Made by a program: the position numbers and the translations under genes. Shown here one piece after another: positions 46,767 to 56,676 of a DNA stretch of 64,000 nucleotides. Source of the stretch: Verrucomicrobiota bacterium (GTDB lineage: Bacteria; Verrucomicrobiota; Verrucomicrobiia; Verrucomicrobiales; DEV007); the NCBI GenBank assembly GCA_045046875.1, contig JASFYY010000048.1:1-64000 (forward strand), written 5' to 3'. The notes below the pieces were generated by a model, which was not told where the DNA came from, did no database searches, and saw only the letters and a list, made by a program, of their open reading frames with translations. Each line of letters begins with the position of its first letter. Position 1 is the first letter of the stretch.

Positions 46767-47975
46767 ATGAAAGTCTTTCGCCCCACCTCATTTTTCACTA
46801 CTCCCTTGATCGCGCTACTGATACTTGGGAGCCACAGCATCCCCAGGCTCGACGCCGCCCTACCCGCCGATCTGCAAAAATCAATCACCGCCATCAACGC
46901 CGTCGGCCTCGAAGGCAAAGGCAACGTTCAAGCAGGCCCCGCTTGGAAACTTCTCAGCCAAGCAGACAGCTCCGCCATCCTGCCCCTGCTACAAGCGATG
47001 AATGGCGCCAGCCCGATGGCGAGTAATTGGTTCCGCTCAGCCCTCGAAGCCATCGTCACTCGTGAGATGAAATCAGGCAAGACCTTGCCACTCAATACTA
47101 TCGGAGATTTTTTACTCAATAACAGCAACAGCCCGCAGGGTCGTCGACTGGCCTATGAACTGATTGCCCAATCCGATCCGGACACCGCCGCTAAACTGAT
47201 CCCCGGCATGCTCAATGACCCCTCACCGCAATTGCGACGCGACGCGGTGGAAGGTCTGATCACTCAAGCCGCCGAACTCAAAACAGCAAAAAAAGACAGC
47301 GCCGCCGGCTTGCTCTACCGACAGGCGCTCAACAATGCACGCGACGCCGATCAAATCAAAAAAATCGCCAGTCAACTCAAATCCCTGGGCAAACAAGTGG
47401 ATCTACCCCGTCATTTTGGCTTTCTCACCCACTGGAAAGTGATTGCCCCTTTTGATAACACCGACCGCGAAGGATTCGCCGCGGTGTTCCCACCCGAAAA
47501 AGAAGTCAAGCTCGATGCAAAATACCCCGACAAAGACGGCAAGCAAGTCGGCTGGCAGGATCTCGCAGTGAGCGATGACTACGGCATGCTCGACCTCAAC
47601 CAGCCTTTTGGCCTACTGAAAGAAGTCACCGGCTACGCCTACACAGAAATGAAATTCGACAGCGCCCGCCCTGCAGAACTCCGCATCGGTTGTAAAAACG
47701 CCTGGAAAATCTGGTTCAACGGCGAACTCATTTTTGCCCGTGACGAATACCACCGAGGCATGGAGATCGACCAATACAGCCTGCCTATTCAATTAAAAAA
47801 GGGCAATAACACCCTGCTGCTCAAGCTCTGCCAAAATGAGCAAACCCAAAGCTGGACAGTAGAATGGCAAGCTCAGATCCGCATTTGTGATTCGACCGGA
47901 ACCGCCATCCTCGCCAGCGACCGCCTGCCCACCCCGCAAGCGAAAAAAGCCACCCGCCGCCAACTGAAAAAATAA
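46767..47975 (+). CDS. Secreted hypothetical protein, helical-repeat N-half and beta-sandwich C-half
   Basis: Signal peptide; LNDPSPQLRRDAV HEAT-like segment; WKVIAPFDN...LKKGNNTLLLK. Confidence 0.75.
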   Translation: MKVFRPTSFFTTPLIALLILGSHSIPRLDAALPADLQKSITAINAVGLEGKGNVQAGPAWKLLSQADSSAILPLLQAMNGASPMASNWFRSALEAIVTREMKSGKTLPLNTIGDFLLNNSNSPQGRRLAYELIAQSDPDTAAKLIPGMLNDPSPQLRRDAVEGLITQAAELKTAKKDSAAGLLYRQALNNARDADQIKKIASQLKSLGKQVDLPRHFGFLTHWKVIAPFDNTDREGFAAVFPPEKEVKLDAKYPDKDGKQVGWQDLAVSDDYGMLDLNQPFGLLKEVTGYAYTEMKFDSARPAELRIGCKNAWKIWFNGELIFARDEYHRGMEIDQYSLPIQLKKGNNTLLLKLCQNEQTQSWTVEWQAQIRICDSTGTAILASDRLPTPQAKKATRRQLKK

Positions 47976-48030
47976 CCTACCTCCGCAGCCAACCCATTCT
48001 TCGCCAAGCCCTTCACCCGTCTACACGATC

Positions 48031-49242
48031 ATGAAAAGCCTTTTCCCTCTCACCGCCCTCTGCGCCACCCTATTCACCGCCACCCCGTCCGCCCAAGCCG
48101 ACTGGCTGCAATTCCGCGGCCCCAACGGCAACGGCTACATCGAAGGAGCCCAGCCACCGACCCAACTGAGTCAGAAAAGCATCGCCTGGAGCGCCGAACT
48201 TCCCGGACGCGGACTGGCCAGCCCGATCGTCGTCGGTGACAATGTCATCGTCACCTGCGCCAGCGGGCCGAATCAGAAACAACTTCACATTTACAGCTTC
48301 GATAACAAAAGCGGAGCCCTACGCTGGCACCGCCAGTTCCGCGCGACCGGACGCACCATGACCCAGTCCAAAACCTGCGTCGCTGCGCCCAGCCCGGCCA
48401 GTGACGGCAAACACATCTACGCTCTGTTTTCCTCCAACGACCTCTACTGCTTCAGTCTCGACGGCGATTTGGTCTGGATGCGCAGCCTCACCCTCGACTA
48501 CCCCAACGCCTCCAATTCCCTCGGCCTCGCTTCGTCCCCCATCATTGCCGGGGATCGGCTGATCGTGCAAATTGAAAACGACAGCGACTCCTTTGCCGCC
48601 GGTCTCAACCTCAAAACCGGGATCAATGAATGGAAGATCGCCCGGCCCAAAGCCGCCAACTGGACCAGCCCGGTCGCCCTGAAATCCGAGCAACAAATCG
48701 TCGTCGCCCTACAATCTTCCAAAGGTGTGTTAGGCGTGTTGCCCGCCACTGGCAGTGAAGTGTGGAACTTCAGCAAAGGCGCATCAACCATCCCTTCGGC
48801 AGCAGCAGCCGGAGACCAACTCTACATCCCCTCCAACGGTATCACCGCCATCCAAAGCTCCAAGCTCACCGGCGAAGATCCCAAAAAACTCTGGAACGAA
48901 AGTCAACAACGCCCCGGCACCGCATCACCTCTGATCCTCGGCGATAAAATCCTCGTGATCAACGGAGCTGGTGTGCTCACCTGCGCCGACCGCAACAGCG
49001 GCGAGCGTTTGTGGCGCTTACGACTCAAAGGACCTTTTTCAGGGTCTCCCGTAAGTTCTGGCAACAACTTATTTATCTTCAACGAACAAGGAGTTGGCCA
49101 ATGTGTTGAAATTGGAGCCAAGGAAGGCAAGGTCATCAGCGAAGTTGATTTGAAAGAAACCATCCTCGGCACCGCCGCCCTGTCCGGCTCCGCCATCTAC
49201 GTGCGCAGTGACGGCCACCTGTGGAAACTCGCCCAGCCTTGA
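48031..49242 (+). CDS. PQQ-like beta-propeller repeat protein
   Basis: ADWLQFRGPNG, LPGRGLASP, SPASDG, repeated blades. Confidence 0.85.
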   Translation: MKSLFPLTALCATLFTATPSAQADWLQFRGPNGNGYIEGAQPPTQLSQKSIAWSAELPGRGLASPIVVGDNVIVTCASGPNQKQLHIYSFDNKSGALRWHRQFRATGRTMTQSKTCVAAPSPASDGKHIYALFSSNDLYCFSLDGDLVWMRSLTLDYPNASNSLGLASSPIIAGDRLIVQIENDSDSFAAGLNLKTGINEWKIARPKAANWTSPVALKSEQQIVVALQSSKGVLGVLPATGSEVWNFSKGASTIPSAAAAGDQLYIPSNGITAIQSSKLTGEDPKKLWNESQQRPGTASPLILGDKILVINGAGVLTCADRNSGERLWRLRLKGPFSGSPVSSGNNLFIFNEQGVGQCVEIGAKEGKVISEVDLKETILGTAALSGSAIYVRSDGHLWKLAQP

Positions 49243-49314
49243 TTTTATTAAAAAATCCCCTCGTAAAGCAGATTTCCATACCTGCTTTCATAATCGCTGA
49301 ATCCCCCCCTCCTA

Positions 49315-49345
49315 ATTCGCATTCATTACCGTGCATTCGCGGTTC
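49315..49345 (+). repeat. ATTCGTG-type intergenic repeat copy (diverged)
   Basis: ATTCGCATTCATTACCGTGCATTCGCGGTTC, same 31-nt length and ends as the other copies. Confidence 0.6.
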
Positions 49346-49398
49346 TCTCACTCTCTTCACTTGCAAAAAGCCCTTATTGCGATTAAACAAGCGGCGTT

Positions 49399-50433
49399 AT
49401 GCCAATCGCAACACCAAAACAATTCGCCGCAATGCTGGACTCTGCGCAGGAGGGCAACTACGCCTACCCTGCCATCAATTGCTCCAGCATTCCTACACTC
49501 AACGCCGCATTCAAAGCTTTTGTTGATCAAAAGTCCGACGGTATCATCCAGTTCTCTACCGGAGCAGGTCAGTTCGCTTCCGGCTTGAACCACAAAAACG
49601 CCACGCTGGGAACCATCGTGCTGGCCGAAGCCGCCCACCGTCTAGCCGAGCAATACGACGTATTGGTCGCACTGAACACCGACCACTGCCAACCGCACGT
49701 CGCACCTGACTTCCTCGATCCACTGATCGAAGCCACCGCCGCCCGTCGCGCCCGTGGTGAAAACAACTTGTTCCAAAACCACATGCTCGACGCTTCGGGA
49801 CTGCCACTGGACGAAAACATGGCGATCTCGAAAGAATACCTCGCCAAGTGTGTCGAAAACGAAATCATCCTTGAAGTGGAAGCCGGTGTGGTTGGCGGAG
49901 AAGAAGACGGTGCTGCCGGCACCGAAGACACTCCTGCGGAAAAGCTCTACACCACCACCGAGGACATGATCGCGGTGCACGAAGCCCTGGCACCCATCGG
50001 CCGTTACACCTTTGCTGCTACATTTGGCAACGTTCACGGCATCTACAAACCCGGCTCGGTCAAACTCGATCCAAGCATCCTGAAAAAAGGCCAAGACGCA
50101 GTGATCGCCAAATACGGCGAAGAAGCCGCTTTTGACCTCGTATTCCACGGTGGATCAGGATCTACTCTGGAGGATATCCGCGAGACCCTTGGTTATGGCG
50201 TGATCAAAATGAATGTCGATACCGACACTCAATACTGGTTCACCCGCCCCATCGCCAGCCACATGATGCAGAACTGCGAAGGCGTCTTCATGATCGACGG
50301 CGAAGTTGGTAACAAAAAAGTTTACGATCCACGCAGCTACCTCAAAAAAGGCGAAGAAAACATGGCGACCCGTATCGCCCAAGCCTGTGACGATCTGCTC
50401 TCAAGTGGAAAATCAATCTACGGCGACGTATAA
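49399..50433 (+). CDS. fbaA: Class II fructose-bisphosphate aldolase
   Basis: YAYPAIN, TDHC, HMLDAS, GGEEDG, FGNVHG, FHGGSG, KMNVDTDTQ, YDPR. Confidence 0.95.
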   Translation: MPIATPKQFAAMLDSAQEGNYAYPAINCSSIPTLNAAFKAFVDQKSDGIIQFSTGAGQFASGLNHKNATLGTIVLAEAAHRLAEQYDVLVALNTDHCQPHVAPDFLDPLIEATAARRARGENNLFQNHMLDASGLPLDENMAISKEYLAKCVENEIILEVEAGVVGGEEDGAAGTEDTPAEKLYTTTEDMIAVHEALAPIGRYTFAATFGNVHGIYKPGSVKLDPSILKKGQDAVIAKYGEEAAFDLVFHGGSGSTLEDIRETLGYGVIKMNVDTDTQYWFTRPIASHMMQNCEGVFMIDGEVGNKKVYDPRSYLKKGEENMATRIAQACDDLLSSGKSIYGDV

Positions 50434-50463
50434 ATCCCGCCTAGGCAGATTTAAAAATCTAGG

Positions 50464-50491
50464 AAAGCCCGGTTCATACCGGGCTTTTTTT
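50464..50491. terminator. Intrinsic terminator after fbaA
   Basis: AAAGCCCGGT-TCAT-ACCGGGCTTTTTTT. Confidence 0.9.
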
Positions 50492-50611
50492 ATGCTCATG
50501 AATACCAAACTCCCCTAGCCATATTTTACAGTTTTTATAAAATTAATGATTATTACTAGTAATATTGTCATTATCAGCGTATAATCTGCCTGTTTACCTA
50601 TTTAATCTATT

Positions 50612-51154
50612 ATGAAAACCAAAACCACATTAGCAAGTCTGGCCATTGCCCTGCTGTTCACTGGGGTCTCCCACGCAGGGCCTCCGGTACAATACAACAA
50701 CGCACCGGCCTCATCGGCCGAGCTGTTCAGCCCTGGATTCAGTGCTAGCGCCTTCGCAGCCTACCTGAAACCCGACGGCAACTTAGCAGAAGATACTTGG
50801 GGTGGAGGTATTGGCGGTGAATACTTCTTCACTTCTATGCTCGGACTTGCAGCATCTGGAACTTGGGTGGATCCCGGCACCGACGAAATCTGGCACAACT
50901 ACGTGACCGATGTTGTTTTCCGCATTCCTTTTGAATCGTTACACATTGCTCCTTACGCCCTCGCGGGCATCGGGGTGATCATAGAAGATGATACATCCAT
51001 TCTGGGTCGTGCAGGTGCAGGAATCGACATGCGCTTCACTCCAGCATTCGGCATCTTCTCCGACTGGATCTACACATTCCCTAGTGGTGGTGGCAGAAAA
51101 GCCAACACCGAAGACTACCAGTTCATTCGCATCGGAGCTAAAATCAACTTCTAA
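50612..51154 (+). CDS. Small outer-membrane beta-barrel protein
   Basis: Signal peptide SHA, amphipathic strands, APYALAGIG, terminal IGAKINF. Confidence 0.8.
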   Translation: MKTKTTLASLAIALLFTGVSHAGPPVQYNNAPASSAELFSPGFSASAFAAYLKPDGNLAEDTWGGGIGGEYFFTSMLGLAASGTWVDPGTDEIWHNYVTDVVFRIPFESLHIAPYALAGIGVIIEDDTSILGRAGAGIDMRFTPAFGIFSDWIYTFPSGGGRKANTEDYQFIRIGAKINF

Positions 51155-51175
51155 GCTGCGAAGCAAAAACTTCAC

Positions 51176-51209
51176 AAAATCCCGGTGTTTGCACACCGGG
51201 ATTTTTTTT
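51176..51209. terminator. Bidirectional intrinsic terminator
   Basis: AAAATCCCGGTGT-TTGC-ACACCGGGATTTTTTTT between convergent genes. Confidence 0.9.
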
Positions 51210-51227
51210 GCCTAAATTTCCCACACT

Positions 51228-51809
51228 TCAATATTCCACTCGCGGTTTCCACCCATCGACGCCGTCTTTCAGCCTGCCAATGAAATGCCACAGCGGTGAA
51301 AACAAATCAAAAGGCCCGAAGGACTCGGTAGAAATGTGCTCGATTCCCCCGCTCTCGTTCAGATGAAAAGTCGACATCCCCGGCCACGGCTCCCCTGTTC
51401 CATTGGGATCCATGCCCATCGCAGCAAAAAAACCCGAGTCGGCGTTGGCTGCCACTGGAAATTTCCACTCACGCTCGCGGCAGGTTTTTGCCAAGGTCTC
51501 CATATCATCAGCTGAAATCAAAACCAAACCTGCGCGATCACGCATATGGGCCTGCACCCCGTTGATGCCATCCGCCCATACCGTGCAATAGGGACACCCA
51601 ATCCCCATGTTGTAGATCACGATCAAATCACGCTTGCCCTCAAAACACTCGCTGAGCTTGATAGTCCCCTCACTCTGTTGCAGCACAAAGTCATCAACTG
51701 GAACGGGTTTCGACGCCCTGCTTACCTTTGCCAAATTTTGAGTAAGAGCCTCATGTTCGATGTAACGTTTTTCAGCATCTTGCTGATTGTTAGATAATTC
51801 TGCAGACAT
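51228..51809 (-). CDS. DUF899 thioredoxin-like protein
   Basis: LSECFEGKRDLIVIYNM, CPYCTVWADG, PGMSTF. Confidence 0.8.
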   Translation of the reverse strand: MSAELSNNQQDAEKRYIEHEALTQNLAKVSRASKPVPVDDFVLQQSEGTIKLSECFEGKRDLIVIYNMGIGCPYCTVWADGINGVQAHMRDRAGLVLISADDMETLAKTCREREWKFPVAANADSGFFAAMGMDPNGTGEPWPGMSTFHLNESGGIEHISTESFGPFDLFSPLWHFIGRLKDGVDGWKPRVEY

Positions 51810-51937
51810 AAACCAAGGCTAGTTTTTTAAACTGTGGCTTAAAAGCTAAAATTTATAATTTTCCTGCAACAAAAATCTCGATTCCCGCGTTATTTCCCTT
51901 AAAGTCCTCTACACCCCTCGTTCCCCGAACCATTCAC

Positions 51938-53992
51938 ATGCTCACCCATTTTCGCAGTAAAGAGATCAGCTGGCTTTCCTTTAATGAGCGTGTTCTACAA
52001 GAAGCCGCCAATCTTGAAGTCCCGCTGCTCGAACGAGTCAAATTCCTCGGCATCTACTCATCCAACCTTGATGAGTTTTTCCGTGTTCGTGTCGCCACCT
52101 TAAAACGACTGGCGACCTTAGGTGATCGTTATCAGGAGCTCAACATCCCCAATCCGATTGAAACGCTCAAGCAGATCAATACCATCGTCGCCCGGGAGAA
52201 CCAGTCTTTCAACCGGGCTTACACCCAGGTAATGAAAGATCTGGCGGAGCAGCATATCCAGGTAATTGACAACCGAAGCGTGCCCTCCCAACACCAGGCA
52301 TGGTTGCAAGCCTACTTCCAAGACAATGTGGCTCCGCGCCTGATGCCCATCATGCTAAAAACGAGCGCCAAATTGCCGCAGCTCAAGGATAATCCGATGT
52401 ATCTAGCCGTACGGCTCGACAAAAAAAACGGTACCGGTCGCCCCTCCCATTCCATTATCGAGATCCCCGGTGATTTGCCCCGTTTTGTCGTTTTGCCCAA
52501 GTCCGGCAAATCCACCCTCATCATGTATCTCGATGACATCATTCGTTACGGATTGTCAGACATTTTCCTCCACCTGCCCTACGATCATTTTGAGTCCTAC
52601 GCGATCAAGTTCACCCGTGACTCCGAACTCGAATTTGATGACGACTTCACCGATTCCGTTTATGACAAAGTCGCCGAAGGTTTGCTAGCCCGCGAGGGAG
52701 GCTTCCCAGTACGAGCCAATTATGACTCCTCCATTCCTCCACAGTTCCTGCGCCTATTGACTAAAAAGCTCAACCTCGCCGGATCGGACAACCTTTATCC
52801 AGGCGCGCGCTACCACAACCGCAAGGACTTGATCGACTTCCCCCAACTGGGCCGCAGTGACCTGCTCTATGCGCCACAAGCGAAAGCAGTGCCAAAGGGA
52901 CTCAAACGCATCGTCAAAGAAGGTTTTTTTTCCGCACTGAAAAAAAAGGATCTGTTATTACACATCCCCTATCACAGTTTCCTCACCTTTATCGACTTCC
53001 TGCGCGAAGCCTCGATGGATCCCTTGGTTCAAAGCATCCAGGTCACCCAATACCGCCTGGCCAAAAATTCCTTTGTGGCCCGTGCACTGATGGCCGCCGC
53101 CCATAACGGCAAGGATGTCACTATTTTGGTTGAACCCCAAGCACGTTTTGACGAAGGCGCCAACATCGCCTGGGCTAATGAATACCAACGCAATGGCGTG
53201 CGCGTGATCCTCGGCGTACCCGGGTTGAAAGTTCATTCAAAACTCTGCCTCATCAGCCGCCGCGAACACGGCACCCTTCGCCGCTACACGGCTCTAGGAA
53301 CCGGCAACTTCAACGAGTTGAGCGCCAAGGTATTTTCCGACCATCTATTACTTACCGCGAACCGGGAAATCGGTGATGACGCCAGCGCCATCTTTGAGTT
53401 TTTTGAACGCACTTACAAAGCACCCAAGCTCAAACAACTGATTGCTGCTCCTTTTCATCTGCGTGACTTCATCAGAAAACGCATTCAGACTGAAATCAAA
53501 AACGCCGAACAAGGGATCCCGGCAGGTATCTCGATCAAAGTCAACAACCTGTCGGATCTGGAAACCATCAACCTGCTCTATGATGCCGCCAATGCAGGGG
53601 TCAAAGTGCGCTTGATCGTGCGCGGTATGTTCTCGATGATCACCGGCCCCGACAGCCCCGCTCCCAGTATCGAAGCGATCGGCATCGTCGATAAATACCT
53701 CGAACATTCCCGCATGTTTATCTTCCAGAATGGTGACACCCCCTTGATCTATCTATCTTCCGCCGACTTTCTCCCACGTAATTTTGACGGCCGGATCGAA
53801 ACCATCTTCCCCATCCTCGATAACAAGTTAAAAAAACAGCTCATCGACTTTTTCGAACTCCAATGGAGCGACAATGTCAAAGCCCGCATCCTCAACAAAA
53901 CCCTTTCCAACCGTTTCCGCAAAGCCAAAGAAGGCGAAGAAGAAGTGCGCTCACAATTTGCCTTGGAAAGTCAATTCCGCTCGCTAAGCTGA
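51938..53992 (+). CDS. ppk1: Polyphosphate kinase 1
   Basis: EISWLSFNERVL, SSNLDEFFRVRVA, ARFDE, LKVHSK, GTGNFN, LEHSR, SSAD. Confidence 0.96.
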   Translation: MLTHFRSKEISWLSFNERVLQEAANLEVPLLERVKFLGIYSSNLDEFFRVRVATLKRLATLGDRYQELNIPNPIETLKQINTIVARENQSFNRAYTQVMKDLAEQHIQVIDNRSVPSQHQAWLQAYFQDNVAPRLMPIMLKTSAKLPQLKDNPMYLAVRLDKKNGTGRPSHSIIEIPGDLPRFVVLPKSGKSTLIMYLDDIIRYGLSDIFLHLPYDHFESYAIKFTRDSELEFDDDFTDSVYDKVAEGLLAREGGFPVRANYDSSIPPQFLRLLTKKLNLAGSDNLYPGARYHNRKDLIDFPQLGRSDLLYAPQAKAVPKGLKRIVKEGFFSALKKKDLLLHIPYHSFLTFIDFLREASMDPLVQSIQVTQYRLAKNSFVARALMAAAHNGKDVTILVEPQARFDEGANIAWANEYQRNGVRVILGVPGLKVHSKLCLISRREHGTLRRYTALGTGNFNELSAKVFSDHLLLTANREIGDDASAIFEFFERTYKAPKLKQLIAAPFHLRDFIRKRIQTEIKNAEQGIPAGISIKVNNLSDLETINLLYDAANAGVKVRLIVRGMFSMITGPDSPAPSIEAIGIVDKYLEHSRMFIFQNGDTPLIYLSSADFLPRNFDGRIETIFPILDNKLKKQLIDFFELQWSDNVKARILNKTLSNRFRKAKEGEEEVRSQFALESQFRSLS

Positions 53993-54072
53993 AGCATAAA
54001 GCTCCTCTATACCCCGGCATTTCTAACCCTTTTCTAACAATTTCTAGATTCCCCTGCTCTCGCAAACACTCA

Positions 54073-54620
54073 TCATCCGCCCCTTAGCACATCCACTTTC
54101 AGGTCACGCAATACGCGCAGATCTCCCCACTGCGCTCCACGCAGTTTACTTCCCCCATCTTTCCTCACTCCAAACTGATCTCTCTTGCTCTCAAAAAAGT
54201 CATCCACATAACGTTGACTCCCTAAAACCGACCCATCGGTAAATTACCTGACTCGGCATCGCAAAACCTCCGCCACCGGCAGCCTCCCTCCCGACTCCAA
54301 CACCTCCTTGATTTCTGTTCGACTGAATCCTCCCTTTCCCCCGTTGTAACCATCCACTGTCTGATCAGCCGTCAGCTCTTCACCTTTGGAATACAGCAAA
54401 CAACGATACTCCTGCGCCACCCTTTCCCACGCCACGCGGCTGCGCCCCGTCACCGCATAACACAGCCCCTGACGCGCCCCTCGCACTCCGGCCACGGCTG
54501 CCGCATAACGAGCCACCAACGATAACCCTCCGGCTCCTGCGCCAACCCCGCCCGAATCGGATTCAAATCAATGTAAGCCGCCACCATGCGCAACGCATCG
54601 CTGCTTTCACCTCGCTCGCA
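54073..54620 (-). pseudogene. Decayed REP-associated/IS200-like tyrosine (Y1) transposase, C-terminal part
   Basis: AAYIDLNPIRAGL...YRW, then a frameshift to YAAAVAG...LRCRVR, an in-frame TAA, and FTDGSVLGS...LRDLKVDVL. The N-terminal HUH part is not seen. Confidence 0.8.
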
Positions 54621-54629
54621 ATCCGGACC

Positions 54630-54694
54630 TCCTGACCACCGAAGCCTCTTGTTCGCCGTAGCTTTAGCGAAGGAGAATGGCGAAGGAGGTTGCA
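54630..54694. repeat. Nested REP-like repeats (one copy inside another)
   Basis: Inner CGCCGTAGCTTTAGCGAAGG (54654-54673) interrupts outer TCCTGACCACCGAAGCCT...TGGCGAAGGAGGTTGCA. Confidence 0.65.
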
Positions 54695-54862
54695 AAAAAG
54701 CTCGGGGTTCCCATAACCCTTGCCATCCACCTTGATCTTTGCCGCGTGCGAGTCGTCACCCGCAACCAATAGCAAACCCCTATCACCAACAACCGTCTAC
54801 CATTCATCATTCCCGTCATTAATTTAACTTCTAAATCCTGACTCCGCCTCCTTTATTCCCCG

Positions 54863-56584
54863 CTACAAACAACGGTTTTTCTTCACCCCCACATAAGCGG
54901 CAAACATACCCACCGCAAAATGGATCGTCAATACCAGTAAACACAACCAGGAAGCTTGCAAGGATGTGTCGATCACACTGTCCACCGCACCCAGTGTTTT
55001 GCTATCCAGCGAAGAAACCCCGCCCGACCAAGCCCAGTATGCCGAAATAAACGGACGACTCAGCCACTCGGCAAAACTCGGCAAAGCCAACACCGCACCT
55101 GACAAAGGCAGTTGGAATCCCACCAGATAAACACTCAGCAGGGATGACTGTTCCGCCGACTTACTCATCGCCGATATGCCCAGACAAATCGCCGTCATCG
55201 CGGCATTGACCGCCAACAACAAAGCTAGATGCATACTAAAATTGGCCGTTGGCAAATGACAAATATTCTGTACAAAAATAGCCATCCAAAACGATTGCAC
55301 CACCACCAACACACCAAGAAATGCCACTTTGCTGGCAAGGTAACTCAGCGGATTCAGCCCCCCAAAACGCTCTTTCTCGTAAATCTGCCTTTCACCGGCA
55401 ATTTCCCGCGCAGAGTTATTGGATGCCATCAAGGTCAGCAGAATAACCTGGAACATGATCAAACCGGAAATCAAACCGCCGGTTTTCAGGTGGTTTTTAA
55501 AAATATCCGCCTGTTGATTCGCTTCCTCTATCGGGTTCGCCGCGATGCTCTCCGACAAACTTTTGATCGGCTCGATGCCATCCAAGGCAAAAATCACCAC
55601 CAGCACAGGAAATCCAATCAGAATGGCAATCTGAAGAAAAAGCTGCCCACCGTCACGAAGGAAAAGTTTCCAACGGCGAAACAGTAGAGTCAGAAACTGG
55701 ACAAAAAAACCAGGCATCGCCGCTGACAAAGTGATCGTGCCATCCACGGGAACCCCCTCATTTTTCTGTGGAGCGACCTGGGCGGCAGAATCCAAAGCTT
55801 CGTAATAATTGGCCCGGTGTTTCTTCCATGACTGCGCCCAATCGTCGCTCTCTCGTTTTGCCAGTCGTGGATAAACATCCTCGGCTATTGTCACGCTGAA
55901 ATAATGCTCTAACGCGCGTGGTTGCCCATGATAAACCACCTTACCTTCATGCAACACCAATACCGAATCATAAAGATCGAGATTCGCCAAACTATGCGTC
56001 ACGTTGATCACTATACGCCCGGATTCCCGCGACAATTTATGCAAAAGCTTCACCACTTCCTGCTCGGATTTGGGATCCAAACCACTGGTCACCTCATCAC
56101 AGAGCAGTAACACAGGATTGGTCACCAACTCCAAGGCAAGGGACAAGCGTCGTCGCTGCCCCCCGGAAAGCACTCTGACTGGCCGCCCCCTGATAGCAGT
56201 CAGCCCCGTATCCTCCATCACTTTTTCGAGCAAGTCGTGAAACGCTGCCCGGCCGCGGGTTCGAACCCTCAAGCGGATCGCCCCCCTGATGCTTTCTTCC
56301 ACGGTCAGCAATTCGTAAGCAATACTGAACTGGGGAACGTAACCAATCTCGGAAGGTTCAAGATCCCCTTCCTCTGACAAGTCCCTGCCATTCCAATAAA
56401 GATTGCCTTTACTCTCCACATTCAAGCCCGCGATCACCTTTAACAAAGTGGTTTTACCGCAGCCCGATGGGCCAACGATCGCCATGAAATGACCGGGATG
56501 GATCTTTAAAGTGGCATCATCAATGAGATGCACTTCTTCGTCATCTTTCTCAATCGAGAAATAAATATCTTTTAGTTCGAGCAC
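54863..56584 (-). CDS. ABC transporter, fused ATPase + ABC-2 permease (ABCG-like)
   Basis: GPSGCGKTT, LSGGQRRR, CDEVTSGLD, TH; six TM helices in the C-terminal half. Confidence 0.92.
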   Translation of the reverse strand: MLELKDIYFSIEKDDEEVHLIDDATLKIHPGHFMAIVGPSGCGKTTLLKVIAGLNVESKGNLYWNGRDLSEEGDLEPSEIGYVPQFSIAYELLTVEESIRGAIRLRVRTRGRAAFHDLLEKVMEDTGLTAIRGRPVRVLSGGQRRRLSLALELVTNPVLLLCDEVTSGLDPKSEQEVVKLLHKLSRESGRIVINVTHSLANLDLYDSVLVLHEGKVVYHGQPRALEHYFSVTIAEDVYPRLAKRESDDWAQSWKKHRANYYEALDSAAQVAPQKNEGVPVDGTITLSAAMPGFFVQFLTLLFRRWKLFLRDGGQLFLQIAILIGFPVLVVIFALDGIEPIKSLSESIAANPIEEANQQADIFKNHLKTGGLISGLIMFQVILLTLMASNNSAREIAGERQIYEKERFGGLNPLSYLASKVAFLGVLVVVQSFWMAIFVQNICHLPTANFSMHLALLLAVNAAMTAICLGISAMSKSAEQSSLLSVYLVGFQLPLSGAVLALPSFAEWLSRPFISAYWAWSGGVSSLDSKTLGAVDSVIDTSLQASWLCLLVLTIHFAVGMFAAYVGVKKNRCL

Positions 56585-56676
56585 AGCGTGAGTTATGTTG
56601 AAGTTCGTTTAACGTGGGGTTTTAGACACAAGACTAATAATAATGTTCGGCAATGACGAATTAAAGCTAGGAAAAA

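Noticed and set aside
51938..53992. ppk1 as part of the phosphonate system
   Set aside because: Housekeeping gene about 46 kb away with no visible linkage.
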